This document shows positions 15,128 through 29,125 of a stretch of DNA of 64,000 nt, one piece after another. The first letter of the stretch is position 1. Each line of letters opens with the position of its first letter. Position numbers and translations under genes: made by a program. The notes beneath the pieces are model-generated. The model was not told the DNA's origin, made no database searches, and was given only the letters and a program-made list of their open reading frames with translations. Source of the DNA: Eledone cirrhosa (lineage: Eukaryota); NCBI GenBank assembly GCA_964016885.1, contig OZ024746.1:43462001-43526000 (forward strand). The letters run 5' to 3'.

Positions 15128-15598
15128 AATGAAGGTATAGAAATTGTTTTAGCGAGAAGCTAATAGTATTCTATAACATATATGCGACTATGTCGTCAAG
15201 ATGGGAAAAATAGTTAACGTAAGATTTAGGAAAAATAATTCAAACTCATCTCAAAACAGAATCAGGATACAAATTCATCCACAGAATTTAGTGAAATCCA
15301 GGGAAAAATCAATACACCCTTAACTCATGATAAAATAAAGTTTAAAATACTTATCCTTCAATTTGGAAAAACATCAAATGCTCTGTATAGTCTTAAAGAC
15401 TATTTCATGAAAACTTTCAGTGGAGATGGTCACGGTTGGATTTCAATAGTCAGCAGAGCTCAATATATATATATATATATATATATACATATGTATATAT
15501 ACATATATATATACATATATATACATATATATGTACATATATATACATATATATACATACATATACATATATATATATACATACATATACATATATAC

Positions 15599-15629
<31 letters not shown>

Positions 15630-15671
15630 CATATATATACACATATATATACATATATATATATATATACA

Positions 15672-16086
15672 TATGTTCAGGATTGCTAGGCAATGTGTCA
15701 AGGAAAACAGTGATATTGTCGGGGAGAAGTGTGTCCTTAATGATGATGGTGTACTTGCCATCACTGACGCTGATAAGAAGGTAGCCTGGAAGTGTCACTA
15801 CGAAAGGCTACTGAATGAGGAGAATAATTGGGAGAAAGACAGTCTCCCCCACATCGACCCAATAGAGGGACCAGCAATGCAATTTGAAGGTAGTATAATA
15901 AGTAAGGCGATCAAAGATATGAAGACGGGCAAGGCAGCCGGGCCTTCGGAAAAAGTTGCTGAAATGCTGAAAGCATCTGGAACGGTGGGACACACTGTGG
16001 TCACTCGGATAGTAAACCAAGTCATACAGAATGGGGTCTTTCCGAAGGACTGGCGTAGCAGCATATTCATTAAGTGCTACAAGGGT
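15672..16086 (+). mobile_element. RTE LINE internal fragment
   Basis: [22 protein letters not shown], matching ORF 8616-10670; TA arrays on both sides. Confidence 0.85.
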
Positions 16087-16178
16087 ATATATATATATAT
16101 ACATATATACATATATATATATACATATATACATATACATATATATAAATATACATATACAAATATATATACACATAT

Positions 16179-16239
<61 letters not shown>

Positions 16240-16304
16240 TACATATATACATATACATATATATATATATATATATATACATATACAAATATATATACAC
16301 ATAT

Positions 16305-16351
<47 letters not shown>

Positions 16352-16627
16352 TACATATATATTTATACATATATATATATATACATATATACATATATAT
16401 TTATACATATATACATATATACATATATATTTATACATATATACATATATATATACATATATACATATATATACATATATACATATATATATATATACAC
16501 ATATATACATATATATATATATTTATACACATATATACATATATATATATATATATATTTATACACATATATACATATATATATATATATATATTTATAC
16601 ACATATATACATATATATATATATATT

Positions 16628-16659
<32 letters not shown>

Positions 16660-16823
16660 TACATATATATATACATATATACATATATATATATACATAT
16701 ATATATACATATATACATATATACATATATATATATACATATATATATACATATATATACATATATATATATACATATATACATATATATACATATATAC
16801 ACATATATACATATATACATATA

Positions 16824-17340
16824 TCATCATCATCATCATCATCATCAGGTTTAGCGTCCGTGTTCCACGCTTGCATGGGTTTGGACGGGGGTTTTCCCAC
16901 TTGAGGCAAGAGTGGTTGACTTGCTCGCATAGGACTGTCTGGCGGGTTTTCTACAGTTGGATGCCCTTCCTAACACCAACCACATTTACAGTGTGGGGCT
17001 GGGAGGTTTTTACCGTGTTGCCTACACGGCCACATTTACAGCGTGGACTGTGTGTTTCTTCTCGTGACACCTACACGATCTCATTTGTTTCGGCCTGGAT
17101 GTTGTGGGACCAACATAACTTTACATTGAAAGGGGCAGTGTGGGTGGGGTGGAGGTGGTGGGACGGGGGTGTATTTTGATAGAGATGCCTACTGACTGTA
17201 GTAGGTTTTTACTTTGTATTTAGGTAAGGCGGGTCTTCTCTATTACTGAGTACCGCCAAAGGTCTCGGTCCAGTGACATTGTCTTGGAGAGGTGTAAGCG
17301 TGTGAGGTCGGAATTTATCAGCTCGTCCCATGTTTTTCTT
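16824..17340 (-). mobile_element. RTE LINE 3' fragment
   Basis: (CAT)n on + strand, then 3' UTR and ORF end matching the 8271 copy. Confidence 0.85.
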
Positions 17341-17363
17341 ATATATATATGCATATATATATA

Positions 17364-17960
17364 TGGCGGCTGCCAACTCGTTTTTCGAGTACGGCCACTA
17401 CTTTATATCCATGTAGGAGAACTCCTACCGATGTGCTGAACGAGTGTGACTTTTTAGTCCAGCCAGCGATTTGAAAACTCTGGTACAAACACTACACTTG
17501 TGACAATTATTGACAGTGCTGGGCCCATGGTACCATATGACGACAAGTGCAGAGAGAGCTCCAGATATAAAGCAATGCCTGCGCCGTGAAGCTTTTATAG
17601 TGAGCAAAGGCACTGCACAAAGCCAGTCCCACTCTCTTAACCAAGATAATATTTACCAAAAAGAAGAACAAGTCAACATCATTGGATACCATCAGAGTTG
17701 CAGGTGTTATATCAGAGTTTTCCTTCTCCTAGAATTCTGCCTTGACAAAGGCTAAGGGGTCATCTCCCGGTATGTATATATATATATATGGTGGCTGCCA
17801 ACTCGTCTTCGAGTACGGCCACTACTTTATATCCATGTAGGAGAACCCCTACCGATACGCTGAACGAGTGTGACTTTTTAGTCCAGCCAGCGACTTGAAA
17901 ACTCTGGTACAAACACTACACTTGTGACAATTATTGACACATAGTGCTGGGCCCATGGTA
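17364..17960 (-). mobile_element. Two 5'-truncated copies of the bipartite RTE derivative (17364-17770, 17790-17960)
   Basis: Homologous to 1968-2410; [20 protein letters not shown]. Confidence 0.7.
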
Positions 17961-18395
17961 CATATATATATACATATATATATACATATATATATACATA
18001 TATATATATACATATATATATACATATATATATACATATATACATATATATACATATATATATATGTATATATACATATATATATATACATATATGTATA
18101 TATATGTATATATATATATGTATATATATATATATACATATATATATACATACATATATATATACATATATATATATACATACATATATATATACATATA
18201 TATATACATACATATATATATACATATATATATATACATATATATATACATATATATATACATATATATATACATATATATATACATATATATACATATA
18301 TATATATATACATATATATACATATATATATATATACATATATATACATATATATATATATACATATATATATACATATATATATACATATATAC

Positions 18396-18430
<35 letters not shown>

Positions 18431-18439
18431 CATATATAC

Positions 18440-18478
<39 letters not shown>

Positions 18479-18479
18479 C

Positions 18480-18550
<71 letters not shown>

Positions 18551-18667
18551 CATATATATATACATACATATATATATACATATATATATATACATACATA
18601 TATATATACATATATATATATACATATATATATACATATATATACATATATATATACATATATATAA

Positions 18668-18708
<41 letters not shown>

Positions 18709-18760
18709 TATACATATATATACATATATATATACATATATATACATACATATATATACA

Positions 18761-18806
<46 letters not shown>

Positions 18807-18841
18807 CATATATATACATATATATACATACATATATATAC

Positions 18842-18878
<37 letters not shown>

Positions 18879-18879
18879 C

Positions 18880-18944
<65 letters not shown>

Positions 18945-19059
18945 CATATATATACATACATATATATACATAAATATATATACATATATATATATACATA
19001 TATTTACATATATATATATATATATATAGATATATATATATACATATATATATATATAC

Positions 19060-19091
<32 letters not shown>

Positions 19092-19838
19092 GCAAAAGTT
19101 CTATTTAAAGTTGTTGGGATACAACAAGTAAATATTTTTATAACTGATATAAAGCACTCGACAAATTTTTGGAGTAGATATACGATATTAATAAATGGAA
19201 ACTATATTTATAAAACCATATTTATTTCATTATACATATTTCAGGGATACCACATTAAATTATGGTATGACTTCATCCGACAAAATACAATACATAACAG
19301 TTTTAGAAATAGGTTCGACGTACCCTTTAAAATACAACCATTACTTTTGGAGGCTGTCTGGATAGTGATTTGTTTATATAATAAGTCATAGTGTTAAGCA
19401 CAATTAGAAAAAGACGGAGAGAAAGAAAGAGAAAAGAACAAAGACAGAGAAAGAAAAGAGAAAGAAAACCTGGAGAAATATCGGAGAGAGAGAGAAATGT
19501 ATGGAGAAAAGAAAGAGATACATTTCTCTCTCTCTCCGATATTTCTCCAGGTTTTCTTTCTCTTTTCTTTCTCTGTCTTTGTTCTTTTCTCTTTCTTTCT
19601 CTCCGTCTTTTTCTAATTGTGCTTAACACTATGACTTATTATATAAACAAATCACTATCCAGACAGCCTCCAAAAGTAATGGTTGTATTTTAAAGGGTAC
19701 GTCAAACCTATTTGTAAAACTGTTATATATTGTATTTTGTCTGATGAAGGCATACCATAATTTAATGTGGTATCCCTGAAATATGTATAATGAAATAAAT
19801 ATGGTTTTATAAATATAGTTTCCATTTATTAATATCGT
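19092..19838. mobile_element. PLE family A terminal repeat with inverted duplicate (long palindrome)
   Basis: Arms ~19180-19502 and ~19519-19838, spacer ~16 bp; one HHR per arm (left copy has a core mutation). Confidence 0.85.
19733..19797 (+). ncRNA. Minimal hammerhead ribozyme (family A)
   Basis: TATTTTGT-CTGATGA-AGGCATACCATAATTTAATGTGGTATCCCT-GAAA-TATGTA-TA-ATGAAATA. Confidence 0.8.
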
Positions 19839-19856
19839 ATATATATATATATATAC

Positions 19857-19915
<59 letters not shown>

Positions 19916-19921
19916 TATATC

Positions 19922-20045
<124 letters not shown>

Positions 20046-20046
20046 C

Positions 20047-20099
<53 letters not shown>

Positions 20100-20111
20100 T
20101 ATATATACATA

Positions 20112-20173
<62 letters not shown>

Positions 20174-20226
20174 CATATATATATAAATATATACATATAT
20201 ATATATATATATATAAAAATATATAC

Positions 20227-20327
<101 letters not shown>

Positions 20328-20328
20328 C

Positions 20329-20401
<73 letters not shown>

Positions 20402-20640
20402 CATATATACATACATTTATATATATATATATATACATATTTTTATATATATATATATATACATATATATAGTTATATATATACATATATATATATACAT
20501 ATATACATATATATATATATACATCTATAAATATATATATACATATATAAATATATATATACATATATACATATATATATACATATACATATATATATAC
20601 ATATATACTTATATATATATATATATATATACATATATAT

Positions 20641-22382
20641 ATCATCATCATCATCATCTTTTAACGTCCATATCCCATGCTTGCATCGGTTTGGACGGGA
20701 GTTTTCCCACTTGAGGCAAGAGTGGTTGTCTTGCTCGCATAGAACTGTCTGGTTTTCTACGGCTGGATACTCTTCCTAACACCAACCATGTTTACAGTAT
20801 GGAACTGGGAGGTTTTTACTGTGTTACCTACACGGCCACATTACAGTGTGGACTGTGTGTTTTTTTGTCGTGACACCTACATGACCTCATTTGTTTCGGG
20901 CTGGATGTTGTGGTACCAACATAACTTTACATTGAAAGGGGTGGTGTGGATGGGGTGTATTTTGTTAGAGGTGTCTACTAACTGTAGTAGGTTTCACTTT
21001 GTACTTAGGTAAGGCGGGTTTTTTCTATTACTATGTAGCGCGAAAGATCTCGGTCCAGTGACATTGTCTTGGAGAGGTGTAAGTGTGTGAGGTCGGAATT
21101 TATCAAGTCGTCCCAGATTTTTCTGGGTCTGCCTACTACGTGCCTACCGTCTATTTTTATTGCCCTGCACTTTTTTATACAGCTGTCGTCTTTCATGCGC
21201 ATGACGTGACCATACCAACGTAGCCTTCTCTCGAGTAAACAACATCTGATCCCTCTTATTTCTAATTTTTCCCTTAGTTCGTTTATGCTTTGCCGTTCGC
21301 GTATATTACTATTACACATTCAGCGGAGCATGCAAGCTTTGTTCCTCTCCAGTCTTCGTATATCCTCTGCACACAATGCCCAGGTCTCACTGCCATGCAA
21401 CATTGCTGTTCGTATGCAGGCATCATACAGCCTGCCTTTCATTTTTAGGGAGAACCCTTTAGCGGCTAATAGTGGTATAAGCTCTCTGAACTTTTTCCAT
21501 CCAGTTCTGACTCTAGCTACTGTACTTTCAGAGCACCCTCCCCCACTGCTGATTTTGTCACCCAGGTAACGGAAGCTGTCCACTATTTCTATAGAACCAT
21601 CTGTGCAATGGAATGAGCTAGTATTCTGTGGGCACTTGCTGCTACTTATTGCACCAGAGCACCGGCCACTTGTAAAATCTATGTTCTTAGTTAGCTTACC
21701 TGTGATCCCACTACATCTTTTATGCACCCATACTTTGCATTTGGGACATAAAATGGAGTTTCTACCTACTCCTTTCCTACACAATGAGCATGGCCAATTC
21801 CCGGATGGGACCGGCGCCCTATTTTCCTTCCTACAAACTAGAACTTTAGTCTTAGACAGGTTATTTTTAAGACCTTTTGATTCTAGGCCATGCTTCCATG
21901 CTTGGAATTTCTTCTCTAGTTCGGCTATTGATTCAGCTATGAGCGTTAGATCATCTGCGTATAGGAGTTCCCACGGGCAGCCGGTCTTGAACTCCACTGT
22001 TATAGCCTGAAGGGCAATAATAAATAGTAGGGGGCTAAGAACGGAGCCCTGATGAACACCAACTTCTACGCTAAACTGTTCACTATATTCGTTGTTAATT
22101 CTAACCTTGCTGACTGTTTCTTTATACATGGCTTGTATAGCTCTCACAAGCCATTCATCGACACCTAGTTTTCTAAGAGCCCACCAGATAATGGAACGGG
22201 GGACTCTGTCGAAGGCTTTCTCCAAGTCGACAAAAGCTAAGTATAGGGGTTTACTTTTAGCTAGGTACTTCTCCTGTAGTTGTCGTACAATGAAAAGAGC
22301 GTCTGTGGTACTTTTGACTGACACAAACCCGAACTGCATTTCATCTAGATCAATTCTCTCTCTGATAAGTTGCGCTATTACT
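20641..22382 (-). mobile_element. RTE LINE, 5'-truncated, in-frame stop near 21320
   Basis: Close homolog of ORF 8616-10670 from [19 protein letters not shown] to the end; (GAT)n tail. Confidence 0.9.
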
Positions 22383-22511
22383 TTTTTTTTTTTTACATAT
22401 ATATATATATATTTATATATATATACATATATACATATATATATATATACATACATATATATATACATATATACATACATATATATATACATATATACAT
22501 ACATATATATA

Positions 22512-22547
<36 letters not shown>

Positions 22548-22634
22548 TATATACATATATACATACATATATACATACATATATATATACATATATACAT
22601 ATATACATACATATATACATACATATATATATAC

Positions 22635-23055
22635 AATGGAATAGAATGAAATGAAATTTCATTTCTCACTCATAGTACGGCACTTACTTAAATGTAAGTA
22701 TGTATGTATACGTACATACATATATGCATACAGACGTACAGTAGCATGCATATATATATATATATATATATACATATACATACAGGCACACATATATATA
22801 TGTACGTATCAGTTTAGCGGACATTTATTATAATGTCCGCTTTGTCCGTTTGTAAACAAACGGACAGCCTGATTTATGCCGTACGGTATTAAGGCAACCA
22901 CGTCACCTTTTTGTTCAACACTGACACAGGAACGATGTACTAGTTTCAAGCTTGTTAGCTATCGTCAGTACCGTATACCCTTCTGCCAGATGATTGAACG
23001 TTCGAAAGTATATACTTTCCTTTTATAATAAATGTCCGCTAAACTGATACGTACA
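22635..23055 (-). mobile_element. Family C partial unit with HHR (22933-22973) and short inverted segment
   Basis: Homologous to 7390-7780; CGGTA-CTGACGA-TAGCTAACAAGCTT-GAAA-CTAG-TA-CATCG. Confidence 0.75.
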
Positions 23056-23081
23056 TATATATATATATGTGTGCATGTATG

Positions 23082-23119
<38 letters not shown>

Positions 23120-23136
23120 CATACATACATATATAT

Positions 23137-23171
<35 letters not shown>

Positions 23172-23226
23172 CATATATAAATATATAATATATAAGAACA
23201 AAAGATGGTTAAAAGAGTTCCATGTA

Positions 23227-23293
23227 TTTTATTATGCGCATTTCAAAAACAAATATCATTATGCAATAATATTTGTGTTTTCATCAGATAAAA
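23227..23293 (-). ncRNA. Minimal hammerhead ribozyme (family D), within repeat 23190-23330
   Basis: TTTTAT-CTGATGA-long helix II (AAACACAAATATTATT gcat AATGATATTTGTTTTT)-GAAA-TGCGCA-TA-ATAAAA. Confidence 0.8.
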
Positions 23294-23384
23294 CAGGGAG
23301 ACATGATATGAAGGTTAAAAAACACTTGTAGATAGTGCAGTTTTAAATCAACATATGAAAAGTAGTTTTAGATTGATGTGTGAT

Positions 23385-23655
23385 ATTGGGAAATAAGTGA
23401 CACAGAGGAGACTGAGGTTGGCTGGACATGCTCACCGACATCCAGAGTTGACATTGCACTCAGTGCTCCTTTGGGAGCCCCTACATGGACACACTAGAAG
23501 AGGAAGACCAAGGTTAACATAGGTTGATGCCCTAAGGACAGACACTGGTCTGTTGGAGATGCAGGATATGGCAGCGATAATGAGGGACAGAGACCGCTGG
23601 AGAGAACTCGTCCATGGATCTCGGGAATTTTACCCGAATTAGATAGATAGATATT
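23385..23655 (+). mobile_element. 3' end of a different RTE-group LINE, (TAGA)n tail
   Basis: RRLRLAGHAHRHPE..LLWEPLHG..RRGRPRLT*..RDRDRWR. Confidence 0.7.
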
Positions 23656-23859
23656 GGGAAAAAAAAAATTTTATTTTGAAGGGGGGGGGCGGGAAGAGGA
23701 GGAGATGAGAGTAAAAAGTGGAGAGGGAGGAGTATAATGATGAAGGATGAGATAGTAGGAGAGATGGGTGATAGAGAGAGAGAGATAGCTTTTATAACTG
23801 AGAAAGATATATTGTTTTACATAGAGAGGTTGAAAACCGTTGGAAGATAATGTATAAAT

Positions 23860-24045
23860 TAAAAGAATTTGAAAATTAACATGATGATATTTGATTTTGA
23901 AATGCGCATAATAAAATACATCGAACTCTTTTAACCATCTTTTGTTCTTATATATTATGTATACTCCAGTCCTACAAACTGTAGAGTGCTTCTTAACCGA
24001 TATCTGCATTGCTTTATTGTACTACAATAAAACTCACCTCCTACA
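23860..24045 (+). mobile_element. Family D repeat, opposite orientation, HHR 5' half lost
   Basis: GAAATGCGCATAATAAAATA..CTCACCTCCTACAT; reverse complement of 26297-26450. Confidence 0.65.
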
Positions 24046-24089
24046 TATATAAATATATATATATATGTATATATACATATATACATATA

Positions 24090-24125
<36 letters not shown>

Positions 24126-24345
24126 TATATACATACATATATACATACATATATATATATACATACATATATACATACATATATATATACATATATACAT
24201 ACATATATTCATACATATATATATAGATATATTCATACATATATATATACATATATACATATATATATAAATACATATATATACATATATACATATATAT
24301 ACATATATACATACATATATACATACATGTATACATATATACATA

Positions 24346-26128
24346 TCATCATCATCATCATCATCATTTTACGTCCGCTTTTCCCTGCTTGCAAGGGTGG
24401 GACGGGTCTTATTCAGCACAGCATCTCTCCACTCGTCACGGTCCCTCGTCATCTCCACCGTGAGCTTCAATGATCTGAGGTCTGTTCTCACCACCTCCGC
24501 CCATGTTTTTCGTGGTCTACCTCTACCACGTCTTCCTTCAACTGGCATTTCCTGGCACTTCTTCACCCATCGGTCATCCTCCATGCGCATCACATGTCCA
24601 TACCACCTCAGTCTCCTCTCCCGTACACTACATTCTATCCCTCTCAGACACAGTTTCTCTCTCAACACATTTATGCTGGGTCGTTCACGCACATTTACAC
24701 TGCACATCCAACGGAGCATGCTTGCCTCATTTCTCTCCAGCCGTCGCATATCCTCTGCGGTTGCTGCCCATGTCTCACTAACATGCAGCATCGCGCTCCT
24801 CACACAGGCATCATACAACCGGCCTTTCGTACGCAGGGAGAAACCCTTCTTCGTCAACAGAGGAAGCAGCTCCCTAAACTTCTTCCAACCCGTCCTTATT
24901 CTAGATACTATGGCCTCGGAACACCCTCCTCCCATGCTAATCTGATCTCCTAGGTACCGGAAGCTATCCACCACTTCTATAGCGCCCTCTCGCATTTGAA
25001 AAATGTGTCTATCAGTGCGACTTCTACTGTCTAATTTCCCTGTACATCTACTGCATACATATTTCTCCCCACCTGTTAGTTTGCCTGCTATCCCGCTACA
25101 TCTCTTGTGTACTCAGGACCTGCATTGTGTGCATTTTATAGAATTTATGCCAGTTCCTTTTCTGCATATCGAACATGGCCATTTCCCTGGCGGAATCAGG
25201 GTTTTGTCCTCTTTTCTACTCATCAACACTTTTGTCTTAGCTAGATTTACTGTCAGTCCTCTTGCTTCCAACTGCTGTTTCCATAGCCGGAATTTATTCT
25301 CTAGCTCCTCTACTGATTCTGCTATAAGAGCCAGATCGTCAGCATAGAGAAGTTCCCATGGACAGCCAGTCTTAAACTCCTCTGTTATGGCTTGGAGGAC
25401 TATAATGAACAAGAGCGGGCTGAGGACCGAACCCTGATGTACTCCTACTTGTATCTGGAATTCCTCACTAAACTCCATTCCTACCCTGACTTTACTGAGA
25501 GTACCTCTGTACAAAGTTTGCACTGTCCTCACAAGCCATTCCTCAACACCTAGCTTCCTTAGGGACCACCAGATGACAGATCGGGGTACCCTATCAAAGG
25601 CTTTCTCTAGGTCAACAGAGGCTAAGTATAGTGGCTTATTCTTCTCTAAGAACCTCTCTTGCATTTGTCTCACCAAGAAGAGGGCATCTGTTGTACTCTT
25701 CCCAGGCACAAAACCAAACTGCATCTCATCTAGTTTGACCCTTTCTCTAATTAGTTGTGCTAAAATCCTTTCTGCCACTTTCATAACCCGATCTATCAGT
25801 TTTATACCCCTATAATTGCTCCTCTCCAAAGCATCCCCTTTATCTTTGTAGCAATTTATGAGAATACTGCTGCACCAGTCTTTGGGTATGACACCACCAT
25901 ATATAGCCTGATTGATGATGCGTGCAACAAGTTTAGTGCCTACGTCCCCTGATGCCTTCAGTATCTCAACAACTATTCCCGATGGTCCGGCCGCCTTACC
26001 ATTTTTCATTTCCCTAATCGCCTCTTGGACCCTATATTCGTAAATCTCAATAGCTGGTCCCTCTGTCGGATCTACCAAGGGTAATTTCTCTCTCTCCCAT
26101 TCATTCTCCACATTCATCAGTCTCTCAT
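24346..26128 (-). mobile_element. RTE LINE, second subfamily, 5'-truncated and decayed
   Basis: ORFs 25113-26128 and 24369-24995 carry the same RT motifs and PHD-like insert; short 3' UTR, (GAT)n tail. Confidence 0.9.
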
Positions 26129-26129
26129 G

Positions 26130-26163
<34 letters not shown>

Positions 26164-26296
26164 CATATATACATATATATATATACATATATACATATAT
26201 ATATATATATACATATATACATATATATATATACATATATACATATATATATATATATACATATATACATATATATATATACATATATACATATAT

Positions 26297-26495
26297 AATG
26301 TAGGAGGTGAGTTTTATTGTAGTACAATAAAGCAATGCAGATATCGGATAAGAAGCACTCTACAGTTTGTGGGACTGGAGTATGCATAATATAAGATCAA
26401 AAGATGGTTAAAGGAGTTCCATATATTTTATTATGCGCATTTCAAAAACAAACATCATCAAACAATAATATTTGTGTTTTCATCAGATAACACAA
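26297..26495 (-). mobile_element. Family D repeat with HHR (~26426-26490)
   Basis: TTAT-CTGATGA-AAACACAAATATT..TTTGTTTTT-GAAA-TGCGCA-TA-ATAA. Confidence 0.7.
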
Positions 26496-26737
<242 letters not shown>

Positions 26738-26776
26738 CTTATATATATATATATATACATATTAACAATATATATA

Positions 26777-26914
26777 ATGAAATAAATATGGTTTTATAAA
26801 TATAGTTTCCATTTATTTAATATTGTAAATATACTCCAAATATTTGTCGAGTGCTTTTATATCAGTTATAAATATTTACTAGTTGTAACCCAACAATTTT
26901 AAATATAACTTTCC

Positions 26915-26915
<1 letters not shown>
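26777..26915 (+). mobile_element. PLE family A terminal fragment
   Basis: Runs from ATGAAATAAATATGG to the family-A end (..TAACTTTCC) followed by TA. Confidence 0.7.
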
Positions 26916-26993
<78 letters not shown>

Positions 26994-26995
26994 TA

Positions 26996-27370
26996 TCATC
27001 ATCATCATCATCATCACCGTTTTACGTCCGTTCTTCCACGCTAGCATGGGTTAGACGGGTTGTCCTGTTGTGGGCAGTGTCTGGTCGGCTGACCATGCCT
27101 TGCTCATACAGGAACTGATCTGGCTTGATTTCTACAGCTGGATGCCCTTCCTAACACCAACCTCATTTACAGTGAGTGCTGGGTGCTTTTTCGTGGCGCC
27201 TACACGTCCACTTTACAGTGTGGGCTGGGTGCTTTTTTGCCGTGGCACCTCCACGACCACCTTGCGGTGGGGGGGGGCATATTGTTTATATGCTTCAGCA
27301 TGTACCCATGGGAGGTCGGGTACCCTGTATTACTGCGTGACGCCAGAAGTCACGGTCGTGTGTCATTGAC
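26996..27370 (-). mobile_element. RTE LINE 3' fragment, third subfamily
   Basis: (CAT)n tail on + strand; near-identical reverse complement of 37460-37825. Confidence 0.8.
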
Positions 27371-27377
27371 TTATATA

Positions 27378-27447
<70 letters not shown>

Positions 27448-28364
27448 CCTTCTGGTAGCTATCAACCATTACTCTTTTACTTTTCTAAGCAAAATTTTAA
27501 AGTTCCAACGTTCTGTCGGACCGTTGGGTGGGTTTTAATGGCCCCGCGACCAACTCCCTGGCGAACGAGCTCACCTGGAGTGCTTGGAAAAATAAATTTC
27601 CCCTTCTTTCAGTAAATCAAAATACTCGGCGTGGCTTAATTCGCCATGGGGCCCGGGGCGCGGCCGTTGTTTTAACCGCCAAATAGTAACTTTAAATTAC
27701 AGAACAAATCGGAACTATTATATAATTAAATGTTAAACTGTTGAACTTTAAATTTTCTAACCTCTTTAATATTGAATATTTATTATTAATTTTTTTAACT
27801 TCATCCTAGAAGTCTAAACACTGTAAAACACTGACTCCCAATATATTCACCTCCGCTAAGATGCGGGTCCCTGTGAAAATTTTCTCGCGCCACTCCTGGC
27901 TTGACTGTGGTCTGATATTAATATCGACCCTTCTTCCTCTTTCTTTCTATCTTCCTTCTTGCAGCCATCAACCCTTACTTTTCTACTTCTCTCTTCCCTT
28001 CCTCCTCTCCTCCCCTCCTCCCGCAGACTTATCTTCCTTCCCCCTCTTGCTTGCCTATATCTGACCAGTAGTAGTTGCCTTCCTCTTTTAGCTGACATTA
28101 ACCCTGACTTCTCTTCTTCTTTCTTCCCCCTTCTTCTCCTTCCTTTCTTTCTTTCTTTTACCTTGTGTCATGGGATCGATGTTAACCTATGCTCCCATCC
28201 CTTTCTGTTTTCGTTCATCTGACCGGTAGTAGCATAGTATAAAATTTAGCCACGTCACTCCAGGGCGACCGGCTGAGGTTGAAGGAACAGAATAGCGGTC
28301 GCCCTCGGGTCTCGATTCTCAGCCCCATGGATTTTACCTATTACATTCACGTATTATATTTCGA

Positions 28365-28422
28365 ATACCTGATGATATCACCGGATTCATATGGAACCCG
28401 GTCATTGAAATGATCATAGTAT
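28365..28422 (+). ncRNA. Minimal hammerhead ribozyme (family E)
   Basis: ATAC-CTGATGA-helix II (ACCGG..CCGGT)-GAAA-TGATCA-TA-GTAT. Confidence 0.75.
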
Positions 28423-28942
28423 AATAAACCTTTCAAGGATTTACACAAATCCAGCCTCCTGTCATTTCATTATAATATTTAACTCCGTAATAGGACCACC
28501 AACTACAAAAACAAAGACGGTTGAACTGCTTTACGTTGAGTACTCTCTATATTATTGCATTACGATTGACCATACGGAATAGACCAGCTCTATACAGTGG
28601 TGAACCTCAAACCTGAATAAATAACGCTCCTGAAATGTTGAGCACTTCAAAATGTAATAATCAACAGCGGCATGGGACTGAATATATCTAACCACAATTC
28701 GAACTTTGGCTACCCGGTGCTTTCGCCTGGCCCTTTGCTACTCCCCTCACAGAATATCCGAACTTCGACGAAACTCCACGGACTGGACCATAACATGTAT
28801 TGTACTGCACTGAATTAACTAAATGGCTACCCTATACTTCTGGGCATGTATAACTCACACTGAACTCCCAGACTCGAACACGCACTGTTTCCACATCTAT
28901 ATGCATTATCTGACTGCAAATTGAACTATATTATATTTCTCC

Positions 28943-29125
28943 TGTGGATTGGCAGTATCGGTAGAGGGTCGGACGCCATGCTTTGACGCATAGAGTTACG
29001 GTCCTTGCCATTCTGAGTTCAAATCCCGCCGAGGTTAACTTTGCCTTTCATCCTTACGGGGTCGATAAAATAAAGTACCAGTAATGCACTGGGTAATTGC
29101 TGGCCTTGTGCCAAAAGTAGAAACA
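28943..29125 (+). mobile_element. tRNA-derived SINE with 13-bp target-site duplication
   Basis: A box TGGCAGTATCGG, B box GAGTTCAAATCCC; ATTATATTTCTCC at 28930-28942 and 29126-29138. Confidence 0.8.

Noticed and set aside
19327-19693. Twin Lys/Arg-rich 100-aa ORFs on both strands
   Set aside because: Artefact of the palindrome and a purine-rich tract
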